From positions 1,074 to 65,073 of the forward strand of contig CAYZZC010000002.1 of assembly GCA_964482995.1 (NCBI GenBank): a stretch of DNA of 64,000 nucleotides. Direction: 5' to 3'. Positions 1-9,104 of this stretch are shown in pieces (position 1 is the first letter of the stretch; each line of letters begins with the position of its first letter). The notes under the pieces were generated by a model. That model was given only the letters and a program-made list of their open reading frames with translations, was not told where the DNA came from and did no database searches. The stretch comes from an uncultured Candidatus Saccharibacteria bacterium (GTDB lineage Bacteria; Patescibacteriota; Minisyncoccia; Phycocordibacterales; SBAW01). The position numbers were made by a program, and so were the translations under genes.

Positions 1-135
1 GTCTTCCTCCACATGGAGATAGTCCGCAAGGGCCATATGGACACACCAGAGCCCGACCAGGTGCTTTGGGTAAAATGTGCAGAGAGTCCGAAAGGCCTCC
101 AGGCAACAGATGTATGTCTGGAGCCGCCAGGAGGG
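1..135 (+). CDS. Possible 3' end of an upstream gene (partial, product unknown)
   Basis: Frame +1 reads open from the window edge to TAG at 133-135, and a strong intrinsic terminator follows at 159-192. Too short to assign. Confidence 0.25.
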
Positions 136-158
136 TAGTGGTGTACAACAAAAAGACT

Positions 159-192
159 GGGCCGGAGTAATCTCCGGCCCTCTTAATTTTTT
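159..192. terminator. Rho-independent terminator
   Basis: Perfect 9-bp GC-rich stem GGGCCGGAG/CTCCGGCCC with a 4-nt loop, followed by TCTTAATTTTTT. An A-run upstream makes it potentially bidirectional. Confidence 0.7.
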
Positions 193-268
193 ATATTTGA
201 TATAGTTATCCCGAGTTCGTTTGCCGTGGTGGCGGAATTGGACTTATTTATATTTTCCTGGTTTGAGT

Positions 269-350
269 GGGCGCGTGGCGGAACTGGTATACGCGTACGT
301 CTCAGAAGCGTATCCCGCAAGGGTTGGGAGTTCGAGTCTCCCCGCGCCCA
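269..350 (+). tRNA. tRNA-Leu (anticodon CAG), type II with long variable arm; CCA not encoded
   Basis: Acceptor stem GGGCGCG/CGCGCCC; 3-bp D stem with a GG loop; anticodon stem TACGT/GCGTA with loop CTCAGAA (anticodon CAG); variable-arm hairpin CCC-GCAA-GGG; T arm GGGAG-TTCGAGT-CTCCC; discriminator A. Confidence 0.85.
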
Positions 351-444
351 CTCAGCCCAGGAAGGGGCCCCTGTGCACAGAGTATTTGTGCTTTCCTAGG
401 CGCGAGCTACTATAACCGCTAGGAGTTGTTAAGGAGGATGTGCC

Positions 445-948
445 ATGAAGAAGCTCTTTGTAAGTGCATTCGTTGTGTGTGCGTTGTTGTTAGGAGCGCC
501 CGCGTTTGCTGGTGGAGGCTCTTGCGTTTCGAAAATAGAGGAAGCTTTGCGGGCAGCAAAGAACCACCTGGGGAACCAGGCGGCCCTCAAGAAGGATGCG
601 GAGCGGTATTTCAGCGAAGATCTTTTCTTGCGCCCGATCGCTCTCGATTTGAAGCGCGGCAGGGCATCAGCTGCCGACCGTAGAGACCAGATCGCTTATG
701 CGCATAGTTTTATAGCGAGCATTGCAAGCAGGCTTGCAAAATATGCGGATGTGCAAATCACCTGGACAGGCTCAGGTGGCACTGTGTCTGGCATATGGTT
801 TGAGTTGGTAAACGGCAAAAAGGCCATTCGTCGCATTATTGTCACTGTGGTTGGTGGTTGTCAGGTCCGTAACGTTAATGCAGGTGGGTATCAGCTCTCT
901 AGCATGATTGGCGATTATCGCAAACTCTCCAAAAATGGTTCTCGCTAA
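445..948 (+). CDS. Secreted hypothetical protein with N-terminal signal peptide
   Basis: AAGGAGG RBS 7 nt upstream of the ATG. N-terminus MKKLFVSAFVVCALLLGAPAFAGG has a classic n/h/c signal-peptide layout. No recognisable domain. Confidence 0.6.
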   Translation: MKKLFVSAFVVCALLLGAPAFAGGGSCVSKIEEALRAAKNHLGNQAALKKDAERYFSEDLFLRPIALDLKRGRASAADRRDQIAYAHSFIASIASRLAKYADVQITWTGSGGTVSGIWFELVNGKKAIRRIIVTVVGGCQVRNVNAGGYQLSSMIGDYRKLSKNGSR

Positions 949-957
949 CTGCCTCTC

Positions 958-996
958 TGGCCCGCTACCCCTCAAAAGGTTGCGGGTTTGTTTTTT
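958..996 (+). terminator. Putative intrinsic terminator between convergent genes
   Basis: CCCGC...GCGGG stem with a long loop followed by TTTGTTTTTT. The stem is weak. Confidence 0.35.
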
Positions 997-1744
997 AAAA
1001 TAAATCTTGGCTTTTTTTCCATTTGTCCGCAGCAGCAATTGAGCGCTCAATGTCGGTGCGGGTATATGTTTTAAGGAGCTCGAAGTTGCTGCTCCACTCC
1101 TCTCCGCTCCACCACTCTAGGGGCTCAAAATTTGTTTTATACAAAGCTTTTTCTCCATACACGGTGCCTAAATAATAGTGGGCGAGGCCCTGAGCTTTTG
1201 CATCACGCATACAATCGAGCATGAGCCACAGCCCTAGCGATTGCTTCGTGAGCGACAAATCGTAAAAAGAAAACCAAAAATGCGCCATGGTTTCATCGCC
1301 CGCTTCGAGCACGTAAGCAATTACTGCAGTGTCTTTTGCATAAACAACAACGGTAGAGATTATCCCGCTCGCAAGTATTGTCTCCAAACGCTCGCGCGGC
1401 ATCACCGCGGCGCCATGCCGACTCCCGAAGTAGTCGAGGCAAAAGACAAGAAAAGTTTCCGTGATCTCAAAATCTTTAAACGGGATTCTTTTTTTAGTGA
1501 ACACGCCGTCAAATTTCTTTGCGATACGGCGGTTTTCGCTGGTTGGCTCAAAATCTGCAAGCGCCACTCGTGCACTGCGCGCCATATAAAAAACATCTTT
1601 AGTGCCTCGCGCCCCAGAGTAGGGCAGGAACCCGGCTTTGTAGATGTCTGCGAGCGTATCTCCCGCCTCGCGCACGCAATAATTAGCATACGCAAATGTA
1701 TACGAACCATACTCATGTGCCGCTTCGCTCGAAAATAGCCTCAT
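995..1744 (-). CDS. Arginyl-tRNA-protein transferase family protein (bacterial Bpt-like aminoacyl-tRNA protein transferase)
   Basis: C-terminal half carries ATE_C-like motifs: SLG, YYLGTVYGEKALYKTNFEPLE resembling the YLGYW...MxYKxxFxPxE signature. Confidence 0.55.
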   Translation of the reverse strand: MRLFSSEAAHEYGSYTFAYANYCVREAGDTLADIYKAGFLPYSGARGTKDVFYMARSARVALADFEPTSENRRIAKKFDGVFTKKRIPFKDFEITETFLVFCLDYFGSRHGAAVMPRERLETILASGIISTVVVYAKDTAVIAYVLEAGDETMAHFWFSFYDLSLTKQSLGLWLMLDCMRDAKAQGLAHYYLGTVYGEKALYKTNFEPLEWWSGEEWSSNFELLKTYTRTDIERSIAAADKWKKSQDLF

Positions 1745-3156
1745 TGTGGAAATTTTTCTTCTGCCATTTGGGGGATGGTCTTGATAAGTCCGCCTAAATC
1801 ACCAGAGGTAAGAAGCAAGATTGCATCGGCTGGTAGGAGCTCTTCTTTTATTTTTGTGAGTGCCTCGCTCGTATCAGTGATCGCTTCAGCAAAGAACCCG
1901 GCGCTGCTTACTCGCTCGACGATCTCTTCTTGTGTTAACTGCGCGTGTGTCGAGGCGCCTTGGGACGCAGGCTCGTAGATGTATATTTTTTCTGCGCCGC
2001 CGAACACGTCGTCGTAGTTGTGGAGCGCTGCGCGGTTGCGCCAAGTAAAAGTGTGCGGCTCAAACACCACTATAAGCCTCCGAGCGGGGAAGTGGAGCTT
2101 CATTGCTGCTACCGCGCTTTTTGCTTTTTCATATGAAGAGCCAAAGCCTTCAAAAACGGGGACAATTGAGGCGGGAGAGAGGAGTTCCATGCGGCGCTTT
2201 ACCCCAAGGAAGGTAGCAACGCCTTTTGTGATTTCCTCAAGCGTAAGCAGCTTTTTCTCCAAGAGCAGGGCGCACACTCCTACAATATTCTCTATATTAT
2301 GGGCGCCAAGAAGTGTGGTTGATAGGGTAGCCATTTTTGTCTCACCGTTATACAAGTCAAAGGTGGTTGGCATACCATACTGGATATTTTTAGGATGCCA
2401 CGACTGTGTTTCGCTCATACTGTAAAAAACTTTCCTTCCTGGGTAAGCATCTGCGATTTTTTTTGCGTGTGTTTCTTGGCTGTTTGCTACCACGAGCCCG
2501 TCTTCTGGGAGTGCCTGTATGAGAGTCTGAAATGGAGTGAGATACTCTGCATGTGTAGGGAATACATTTACATGGTCGTGCGTAGCTGAAGTAAGAAGAA
2601 TGTTCTTTGGGTTGTAATGGAGGAACTTCGCTGTTGAGTCCCAGTTAGACGAGGGGTACTCATCGCCTTCAAGTACAAAAGTCTCTCCTTTGCCGATATG
2701 AGCATAGGCCTCGAACCCCTTAGTCACTTCGCCAATAAAATAGCTCGGGTCTTTACTTGCTTCTTTTAAACACCAAGCGAGTAGTGCAGTAGATGTTGAT
2801 TTACCATAGCTGCCCACCACGACAATGTTGTCTGTGTCTTTGGTTAGCTCCTCTAAAATGTCGGGGAATGATTTTACTGGTTTTCCACTCTGAAATGCGG
2901 CACGCACCTCCTCGTTGCTCTCAGACACCAGTTTTGCGTTTTTGCCTATCACAATAATATCTGTGTCGGCGGGGATGTTCTCTTTCTTATAGCCTTGAGC
3001 AAAAGGGATTTGCGCTTTAGCTAAATAATCGGAGACTGGTGGGTAGAAGCCCTCGTCTGAGCCGCTTATTTGCCAGCCAAGCTCGCGCAAAAGAAGCGCA
3101 GTGGCGCTCATACCCTTGCCCGCGATGCCTATAAAATGGGCTTTTTTACCGTTCAT
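1741..3156 (-). CDS. Mur ligase family protein, MurC/Mpl-like (UDP-N-acetylmuramate-L-alanine ligase or murein peptide ligase)
   Basis: N-terminus HFIGIAGKGMSATALLL...FYPPVSDYL and a GSYGKSTSTALLAW P-loop region are typical of MurC/Mpl. 471 aa. Confidence 0.75.
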   Translation of the reverse strand: MNGKKAHFIGIAGKGMSATALLLRELGWQISGSDEGFYPPVSDYLAKAQIPFAQGYKKENIPADTDIIVIGKNAKLVSESNEEVRAAFQSGKPVKSFPDILEELTKDTDNIVVVGSYGKSTSTALLAWCLKEASKDPSYFIGEVTKGFEAYAHIGKGETFVLEGDEYPSSNWDSTAKFLHYNPKNILLTSATHDHVNVFPTHAEYLTPFQTLIQALPEDGLVVANSQETHAKKIADAYPGRKVFYSMSETQSWHPKNIQYGMPTTFDLYNGETKMATLSTTLLGAHNIENIVGVCALLLEKKLLTLEEITKGVATFLGVKRRMELLSPASIVPVFEGFGSSYEKAKSAVAAMKLHFPARRLIVVFEPHTFTWRNRAALHNYDDVFGGAEKIYIYEPASQGASTHAQLTQEEIVERVSSAGFFAEAITDTSEALTKIKEELLPADAILLLTSGDLGGLIKTIPQMAEEKFPQ

Positions 3157-3202
3157 GGTGGGTGTTGAAACTATCCTAACATTTACTAGGTTTAAAAGGT
3201 AA

Positions 3203-3228
3203 AGCGGCCGCCTGGAATACCGGCGGCC
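3203..3228. promoter_or_regulatory. GC-rich inverted repeat in divergent intergenic region (possible operator/attenuator)
   Basis: GCGGCCGCC-tggaatac-CGGCGGCCG forms an 8-9 bp perfect stem in otherwise AT-rich intergenic DNA. No T-run follows. Confidence 0.3.
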
Positions 3229-3266
3229 GAGTCAATTTATATAAGTATTTACATTGTTTATAAATA

Positions 3267-3992
3267 GTGGTATTTTATTACCTATCTATGGCCTCGTCTC
3301 TCCTCCCCGCTCAGGGCAAACTTTCTGTCGTTGCGACACCAATAGGTAACCTTGAGGACATCACGCTCAGGGCCTTACACGTGCTTAAAGAAGCTGATGT
3401 TATTGCTTGCGAGGACACTCGAGTGACTAAAAAGCTTCTCTCACATTTTGATATACATACTCCAACCATCACCTTTAATGCCAACAGCGGAGAAAGAGGT
3501 TTTGAAAAGATTGTCGAGCTACTGCGAGCAGGCAAGCATGTAGCACTCGTGTCAGACGCTGGCACGCCAGGAGTGTCCGACCCGGGGCTCCAGCTGGTGT
3601 CGATAGTACGCGAGAAGCTACCAGGGCTTACCATCGAGGCAATCGCTGGTGCCTCAGCGCTCACCGCAGCTCTTTCTATTGCAGGTTTGCGTGCAGCTTC
3701 CTTTACTTTTTACGGCTTTTTGCCTCTTAAAAAGGGGAGGGAGACTTTGTTTAAAGAGATACATGCTTCAAAGCGCGCCAGTGTCATGTACGAGTCCCCA
3801 CACCGCATTATGAAGACGCTTGAGGCTCTTGCAGCCATCTTGCCGGTGGAGCGCCGTGTAGGGGTCTTCCGTGAGCTTACTAAGATGTATGAAGAGGCGA
3901 TGGTTGGCTCTGCGCAGGAGGTACTAAAACATTTTAGTGACAACCCAGGGAAACAGCGTGGAGAATTTGTCGTGATAGTTGAGTCTTTGTGA
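3267..3992 (+). CDS. rsmI: 16S rRNA (cytidine1402-2'-O)-methyltransferase RsmI
   Basis: LSVVATPIGNLEDITLRALHVLKEADVIACEDTR plus ALVSDAGTPGVSDPG tetrapyrrole-methylase-fold motifs. Alternative ATG at 3288 (MASS...) sits behind TTTACA-17-TATTTT promoter-like hexamers. Confidence 0.85.
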   Translation: MVFYYLSMASSLLPAQGKLSVVATPIGNLEDITLRALHVLKEADVIACEDTRVTKKLLSHFDIHTPTITFNANSGERGFEKIVELLRAGKHVALVSDAGTPGVSDPGLQLVSIVREKLPGLTIEAIAGASALTAALSIAGLRAASFTFYGFLPLKKGRETLFKEIHASKRASVMYESPHRIMKTLEALAAILPVERRVGVFRELTKMYEEAMVGSAQEVLKHFSDNPGKQRGEFVVIVESL

Positions 3993-4004
3993 TAGTATTT
4001 CTCT

Positions 4005-4301
4005 ATGTCTAAAGAGACCATAGTTGCAGTGCTCGGCATATGGGTGATAGTTGTCCCTTATTTAGGCTTCCCGAGCTCGTGGAAAACAGTTATTTTTGTT
4101 CTCTCCGGTTTTGCTGTTATGATAGTCGGTTTCTTTTTGAGAGCAGAGGCTCTCGCGCGCTTGTCTGGCCAAGGCAAGGAAGCATCTTTCGCTCGTAGAA
4201 CATTCGTAGAAAACCAGCCCGCTGTCCAGGCAGGCTCTGCACCCTCTCTGTCGGATCAGCAAGGCCATGAGCGAAAAGAAAAAATCAACTCACTTAATTA
4301 A
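4005..4301 (+). CDS. Small membrane protein (2 predicted TM helices), hypothetical
   Basis: Hydrophobic segments IVAVLGIWVIVVPYLGF and VIFVLSGFAVMIVGFFL. Overlaps the next gene start by 35 nt. Confidence 0.4.
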   Translation: MSKETIVAVLGIWVIVVPYLGFPSSWKTVIFVLSGFAVMIVGFFLRAEALARLSGQGKEASFARRTFVENQPAVQAGSAPSLSDQQGHERKEKINSLN

Positions 4302-5544
4302 GCAATCTGCCTCCTACGGTGCGGCATTAGTGCTTGGAGTGGGTGGGATGTTTGTGGCCGCCTACTCTGGCCTGCCGGCGCTTTTTTCTGTTTCTTATTC
4401 TGAGTCGGCATTAGTCGCAAGTTCAGCGACCACCACTCTAGCAGAAGTGCACAAGGAGCCATCAGTGGTGCATATTGCTACTCCACGTGCGGTAAAGGGC
4501 ATATACCTTTCTCAATGCGTTGCGGGGACCCCCTCGTTTCGCGATAAACTGGTGTCATTTATTGACGACACTGAGCTCAATACAGTTATTATCGATATAC
4601 GCGATTACACTGGCAAGATTGCATTCCCTACAGAAAATCCCGCGCTTGCAGACGCTGTTTCAGACGCTTGTGGCGCGAGCGACATGAAGAGCTTTATAAA
4701 AAAACTTCATGAAAAAGATATTTATGTGATCGGGCGTATCACGACATTTCAAAATCCCTACTGGAGCTTGCTGTATCCAGACCAGGCAGTGCAAAAAAAA
4801 GGCGGTGGTGTGTGGAAGGACCATAAGGGCCTCGCCTTTGTTGATGTGGGCGCTAAGCCTTATTGGGACAATGTTGTCGAGCTTGGGAAGGTTTCCTATG
4901 AGATAGGGTTTGATGAGCTCAACTTCGATTATCTTCGATATCCTTCAGACGGCCCCATGTTGGAAGCCGATTACACCTGGAGCAACGGCAAGCCAAAAGC
5001 GGTTGTCCTTGAAGAGTTTTATGTATATCTCACCAACGCTTTGAGGCCAACTGGCGCAGTGCTCTCCGCAGACCTCTTTGGTATGGTGGCGACAAACCAA
5101 GATGATTTAAACATCGGCCAAGTGCTTGAGCGCGCGCTCCCATACTTTGATTATATTTCTCCCATGGTGTATCCCTCGCATTACCCATCTGGCTACAACG
5201 GATATAAAAATGTAAACGAGCATTCATACGATATAGTTAAGCTTGCAATGGACACTGCAACAGCTCGCGCCGTGGCCACTAGTACAAAGATTGCTTCGTT
5301 TGCCTACACGCCTATCGCGTCGACCACACCGCAGATTTATAAAAAACCGTCATACTCACCTTCAAAAATCCGCCCATGGCTCCAAAGCTTTGATTACCCG
5401 ATTGCTTACACTCCTGCGATGGTAGAGGAGCAGATCAAAGCAAGCAATGATGCAGGCCTCGATTCATGGCTCTTTTGGGACGCAGCAAATAAATATACAT
5501 CGTTGCGGCAGGTACTTTCTTCGTCTGCTGTTCCACAATTATGA
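4267..5544 (+). CDS. Putative glycoside-hydrolase-like protein (DUF4015/GHL-type TIM barrel), membrane-anchored
   Basis: N-terminal TM anchor, then a region (IIDIRDYTG...GFDELNFDYLRYP) resembling the putative glycosyl hydrolase-like family. No tool confirmation. Confidence 0.45.
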   Translation: MSEKKKSTHLIKQSASYGAALVLGVGGMFVAAYSGLPALFSVSYSESALVASSATTTLAEVHKEPSVVHIATPRAVKGIYLSQCVAGTPSFRDKLVSFIDDTELNTVIIDIRDYTGKIAFPTENPALADAVSDACGASDMKSFIKKLHEKDIYVIGRITTFQNPYWSLLYPDQAVQKKGGGVWKDHKGLAFVDVGAKPYWDNVVELGKVSYEIGFDELNFDYLRYPSDGPMLEADYTWSNGKPKAVVLEEFYVYLTNALRPTGAVLSADLFGMVATNQDDLNIGQVLERALPYFDYISPMVYPSHYPSGYNGYKNVNEHSYDIVKLAMDTATARAVATSTKIASFAYTPIASTTPQIYKKPSYSPSKIRPWLQSFDYPIAYTPAMVEEQIKASNDAGLDSWLFWDAANKYTSLRQVLSSSAVPQL

Positions 5545-6539
5545 GAAAAGATTGGCTAATCCTTGGGGGAGTTACTTTTGTCGCGTTGCTTATTGTTGTC
5601 GCACCGCTTCTCCCGGGGAGTGTCCGCGTTCCTTCTCTTGGTAATTTTATTCCTTCGCCAGCTTCATCGGTGAGCATACTCTTTGTGGGCGACATTATGC
5701 TAGACCGTGGTGTAGCCTCGCACGCTGGTAAGGTAGGAGACCAAGTGTTATTTGCAGGAGTAAAAAAACTTTTTTCTGGGCATGACCTGGTGGTTGCTAA
5801 CCTGGAGGGGGCCATTACCTCAAACGCATCAGTCTCGCGACAAGACAACTCTATATTGCGTTTCACCTTTGACCCACGTTTTGCAAACATACTTGCACGA
5901 GCGGGGGTTAAGGTGGTGAGTCTTGCCAACAACCACTCGCTCGACTTCGGTGAGTTTGGGTATGAAGACACTCGCAGTTTCCTAGACAAGGCAGGCTTGG
6001 CTTCTTTTGGTTCGCCATTTAACGACCGACATACTGCAACGTCTGTAGTTATTAAAGATAAAAAGATTTGTTTAGTGGGATACCATGAGCTGTTTCGTGC
6101 TGAAACAACTTCAACGCTATTAAAAATTGAAACTATCCGACCACTGTGTGATTACGTAATAGTCTTTTCACATTGGGGGGAAGAATATACACATGAGCCC
6201 ACAGCCAGGCAACGCGAATCTGCGCACGCGTTTATCGATGCTGGAGCCGATGTGGTTATTGGCGCGCACCCGCACGTAGTGCAGCCGCTTGAGATCTATA
6301 AAAACAAGGCAATTTTTTACTCGCTCGGCAATTTTCTCTTTGACCAGGGGTTTTCTCCAGAAGTAAAGCGCGGTGTAGCTGTGGAAATAGAGTTTTTTGC
6401 CTCCTCAGTCAAATTTACTTTGACCCCAGTCAATACTTTTAAAGAAGTCTCGGTTGCAGACGACGAGGTGGCACAGGCCGTGTTCGACGACCTTGGGGTT
6501 GCTACATCAGAACCATTCTTTTTAAACTTGGTATACTAA
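5541..6539 (+). CDS. CapA/PgsA-family metallophosphatase (poly-gamma-glutamate capsule synthesis protein homolog)
   Basis: FVGDIMLDRGV, NLEGAIT, ANNHSLDFG, HWGEEY, GADVVIGAHPHVVQP and YSLGNFLFDQ motifs; N-terminal TM anchor. Confidence 0.75.
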   Translation: MRKDWLILGGVTFVALLIVVAPLLPGSVRVPSLGNFIPSPASSVSILFVGDIMLDRGVASHAGKVGDQVLFAGVKKLFSGHDLVVANLEGAITSNASVSRQDNSILRFTFDPRFANILARAGVKVVSLANNHSLDFGEFGYEDTRSFLDKAGLASFGSPFNDRHTATSVVIKDKKICLVGYHELFRAETTSTLLKIETIRPLCDYVIVFSHWGEEYTHEPTARQRESAHAFIDAGADVVIGAHPHVVQPLEIYKNKAIFYSLGNFLFDQGFSPEVKRGVAVEIEFFASSVKFTLTPVNTFKEVSVADDEVAQAVFDDLGVATSEPFFLNLVY

Positions 6540-6541
6540 GA

Positions 6542-8275
6542 GTGATGCGAGAAGACCCTTCTGTCGTTACCTACTTTGCAGAAACCAATTCCCGCGGCAA
6601 GCAGGTGCCTTTTGGTATCAAGCGCGCCGACCGTGCGCGCCACATGTATATAATCGGCAAGACAGGCATGGGCAAGTCGACCTTGCTTGAGAACCTGGCG
6701 ATCCAAGATATCCGCAACGGCGAGGGTATGGCGTTTATAGACCCGCACGGCTCTACAGCCGACAGGATCCTCGAGTATGTCCCCGAACATCGCATTAAAG
6801 ACGTAGTCTACTTTGCGCCGTTTGATATGGAGCACCCTGTTGCGTTTAACGTCATGGAGGATGTCGGCTACGACAAACGCCACTTGGTGGTCTCCGGGCT
6901 CCTCTCAGCCTTTCGCAAGATCTGGGTAGACGCATGGAGTGCCCGCATGGAGTACATCCTCTCCAACACACTGCTCGCTCTTTTGGAGTACGAAGGTTCG
7001 ACGCTCCTGGATGTAAACCGCATGCTTATCAACAAAGCCTTCCGCAAAAAAGTGGTGGAGAATGTCACCGACCCGATTGTAAAAAGTTTTTGGGTCGACG
7101 AGTTTGCAAACTATACCGACCGATACACCCAAGACGCCACCCCTGCGATCCAAAACAAGATTGGCCAGTTTACCAGCAACCCCCTGATCCGCAATATTGT
7201 GGGGCAGCCAAAATCTTCTTTCGACATCCGCAAAATAATGGATGACAAAAAGATCCTCATTATCAACCTCTCCAAGGGGCGGGTGGGGGAGGTAAACGCG
7301 ACACTGCTTGGCTCGATGCTTGTCACCAAGATTTATCTTGCTGCTATGTCGCGTGCCGATGTTGCTGCGGAAGAGCTTAATGAGCTGCCCAGTTTTTATT
7401 TTTATGTGGACGAGTTCCAAAACTTTGCTAACGAGAGCTTCTCGGACATACTCTCCGAGGCGCGTAAATATAAATTACGGCTCATTATTGCGCACCAGTA
7501 TGTCGAGCAAATGGAGGAGGAGGTACGAGATGCAGTGTTTGGTAACGTGGGTACCACTATCGCGTTTCGTGTCGGGCCTTTTGACGCAGAAACACTAGAG
7601 ACTATTTTTAGCCCACAGTTTGAGGCTACCGACCTGGTCAACTTAGGTTTTGCGCAGATTTATCTGACTCTCATGATCGACGGTGTCGGCTCACCACCCT
7701 TTAGCGCAACCACGATGAAGCCGTTTGACCCACCACCGCAAAAGTTTGTTGATGCGGTGATCGCCAACTCGCGCGCGCAGTTTGCAAAACCGCGCGCCAC
7801 AGTGGAAGAAGATATACGAAAATGGAATGAGCTTGAGCCGGTAGAGACCACTGCCAACAAAGCAAAACCAAAAAGCGATTATGCGCCGGCTCGCAAGGCC
7901 GAGCCTCTTGCACAGAGGCCAGCTCCAGCAAAACCTGCTGTGCAGCCGAAACATGCTGCGCCTATAGAGCATAAAGTGCCCACGCCGGTAGTAGAAAAAA
8001 AGATCGAGCCAAAAGCGCCACCAGCACCCCCACTTGATGGTGCAAAGAGTTTGCGTGAGGCTCTCGCGCAAGTAACTGGTAATAAATCTATACCTCCATC
8101 ACCACCTTCGCAGCACGCCCCGGATCTAAAAGAGACTTTGCACACTATTGCTCCTAAAGCAGAGGCTCCAAAACCACAAGAACCGGCTGGGTTGCCAGAA
8201 AATGTCTTGCGTGAGATGCTATCGGTCGATGAAGTCGATGACACAGAGTCGCCGTTTGAGCGGCCGGATAAGTAA
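6542..8275 (+). CDS. TraD/TraG/VirD4-like AAA ATPase (type IV secretion DNA-binding-domain family) with ~170-aa Pro/Ala/Lys-rich C-terminal tail
   Basis: Walker A IIGKTGMGKST, then FIDPHG. Walker B region ILIINLSKG...YVDEFQNF. Low-complexity tail AKPKSDYAPARKAEPLAQRPAPAKPAVQPK... Confidence 0.6.
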   Translation: MMREDPSVVTYFAETNSRGKQVPFGIKRADRARHMYIIGKTGMGKSTLLENLAIQDIRNGEGMAFIDPHGSTADRILEYVPEHRIKDVVYFAPFDMEHPVAFNVMEDVGYDKRHLVVSGLLSAFRKIWVDAWSARMEYILSNTLLALLEYEGSTLLDVNRMLINKAFRKKVVENVTDPIVKSFWVDEFANYTDRYTQDATPAIQNKIGQFTSNPLIRNIVGQPKSSFDIRKIMDDKKILIINLSKGRVGEVNATLLGSMLVTKIYLAAMSRADVAAEELNELPSFYFYVDEFQNFANESFSDILSEARKYKLRLIIAHQYVEQMEEEVRDAVFGNVGTTIAFRVGPFDAETLETIFSPQFEATDLVNLGFAQIYLTLMIDGVGSPPFSATTMKPFDPPPQKFVDAVIANSRAQFAKPRATVEEDIRKWNELEPVETTANKAKPKSDYAPARKAEPLAQRPAPAKPAVQPKHAAPIEHKVPTPVVEKKIEPKAPPAPPLDGAKSLREALAQVTGNKSIPPSPPSQHAPDLKETLHTIAPKAEAPKPQEPAGLPENVLREMLSVDEVDDTESPFERPDK

Positions 8276-9074
8276 AAATCTATTTATTGGTGCTATTTTG
8301 TGTGCCTCCTGTGTTGGTGTGCCTGGGTCTGTACAAGCCTCAATACAAATAACCGAGATTATGTACGACCTGCCGGGTGGCGACACCGGCCGTGAGTGGG
8401 TTGAGGTCACCAACACAGGGAGCGCCACCGTTAACCTAACGACTTATCGGCTTTTTGAGGCAGACACTAACCACAAAATATCCATTGCTTTAGGTGGAGC
8501 GGTGCTGGCGTCAGGAGCATCGGCAGTCATTGCAGATAATGCAGCAAAATTTAAAACAGACTGGCCCACGTACACCGGGGTTCTTTTTGAAAGCGCATTC
8601 TCTCTTTCAAATACAGGCGAAACTTTTTCGCTTAAAAATGGCACATCAACTACTGAAGACTCTGTTTCTTATACCTCGAGCTGGGGCGGGGCGGGGGATA
8701 GCGGCTCGCTCCATCGAGAGGGAAATTCTTTTGTTTCTGCACTGCCTACCCCGGGAGTATTTCCTGGGGTTCTTGCACCAGTACCGAAGGCAGAAAAGCC
8801 CGCACCGATAGTAAAAGACACTTCTGCAGCTACAAAAAATAAAACAACAAAAACAATCGTTACCGCTTCGTCGAAACAAGTAGCTGCTGTGCAAAACTCT
8901 GATGTAGACACTACCCCAACCAACCCCTTGCTGTTTTGGATATTGGGCCTTGCAGGCATTGTCGCACTAGGTGTTGCAGGAGTGGTATATGCAGGTAGCG
9001 GGCTGTCGCCACGTACTCCTTTTTCTCAAGTGACTAAAGGCACTAAAGACGAGTTTAAAATCATTGAAGATTAG
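8229..9074 (+). CDS. Lamin-tail-domain (LTD) secreted protein with C-terminal TM anchor
   Basis: Signal peptide MKSMTQSRRLSGRISKNLFIGAILCASCVGVPGSVQA. LTD signature ITEIMYDLPGGDTGREWVEVTNTGSATVNL...SLSNTGETFSLKNG. C-terminal helix LLFWILGLAGIVALGVAGVVYA. Start chosen inside the 3' end of the upstream gene; a TTG at 8298 is an alternative. Confidence 0.55.
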   Translation: MKSMTQSRRLSGRISKNLFIGAILCASCVGVPGSVQASIQITEIMYDLPGGDTGREWVEVTNTGSATVNLTTYRLFEADTNHKISIALGGAVLASGASAVIADNAAKFKTDWPTYTGVLFESAFSLSNTGETFSLKNGTSTTEDSVSYTSSWGGAGDSGSLHREGNSFVSALPTPGVFPGVLAPVPKAEKPAPIVKDTSAATKNKTTKTIVTASSKQVAAVQNSDVDTTPTNPLLFWILGLAGIVALGVAGVVYAGSGLSPRTPFSQVTKGTKDEFKIIED

Positions 9075-9104
9075 GCAAAAAAAAGATAGAGTAGGGTCAC
9101 ATAT

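Noticed and set aside
1241-1738. 165-aa plus-strand ORF and a 104-aa minus-strand ORF inside the Bpt-like gene
   Set aside because: They lie fully inside, antisense to or out of frame with, a longer ORF with recognisable family motifs; they are shadow ORFs.
6905-7420. 171-aa antisense ORF (and several other antisense ORFs at 7691-8244) within the TraD-like ATPase gene
   Set aside because: They are embedded in a gene with clear Walker A/B motifs; the low-complexity tail region generates spurious open frames on the opposite strand.
8148-8228. Upstream extension of the LTD-protein ORF to 8148
   Set aside because: The first 27 codons lie inside the preceding gene and precede the signal-peptide methionine; 8229 (MKSMTQ...) gives a canonical signal peptide. 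A TTG at 8298 remains possible.
7850-8270. Possible tandem-repeat or collagen-like element in the Pro/Ala/Lys-rich region
   Set aside because: It is compositionally biased coding sequence (the C-terminal tail of the ATPase) without exact nucleotide repeats; it is treated as a low-complexity protein region, not a DNA repeat feature.
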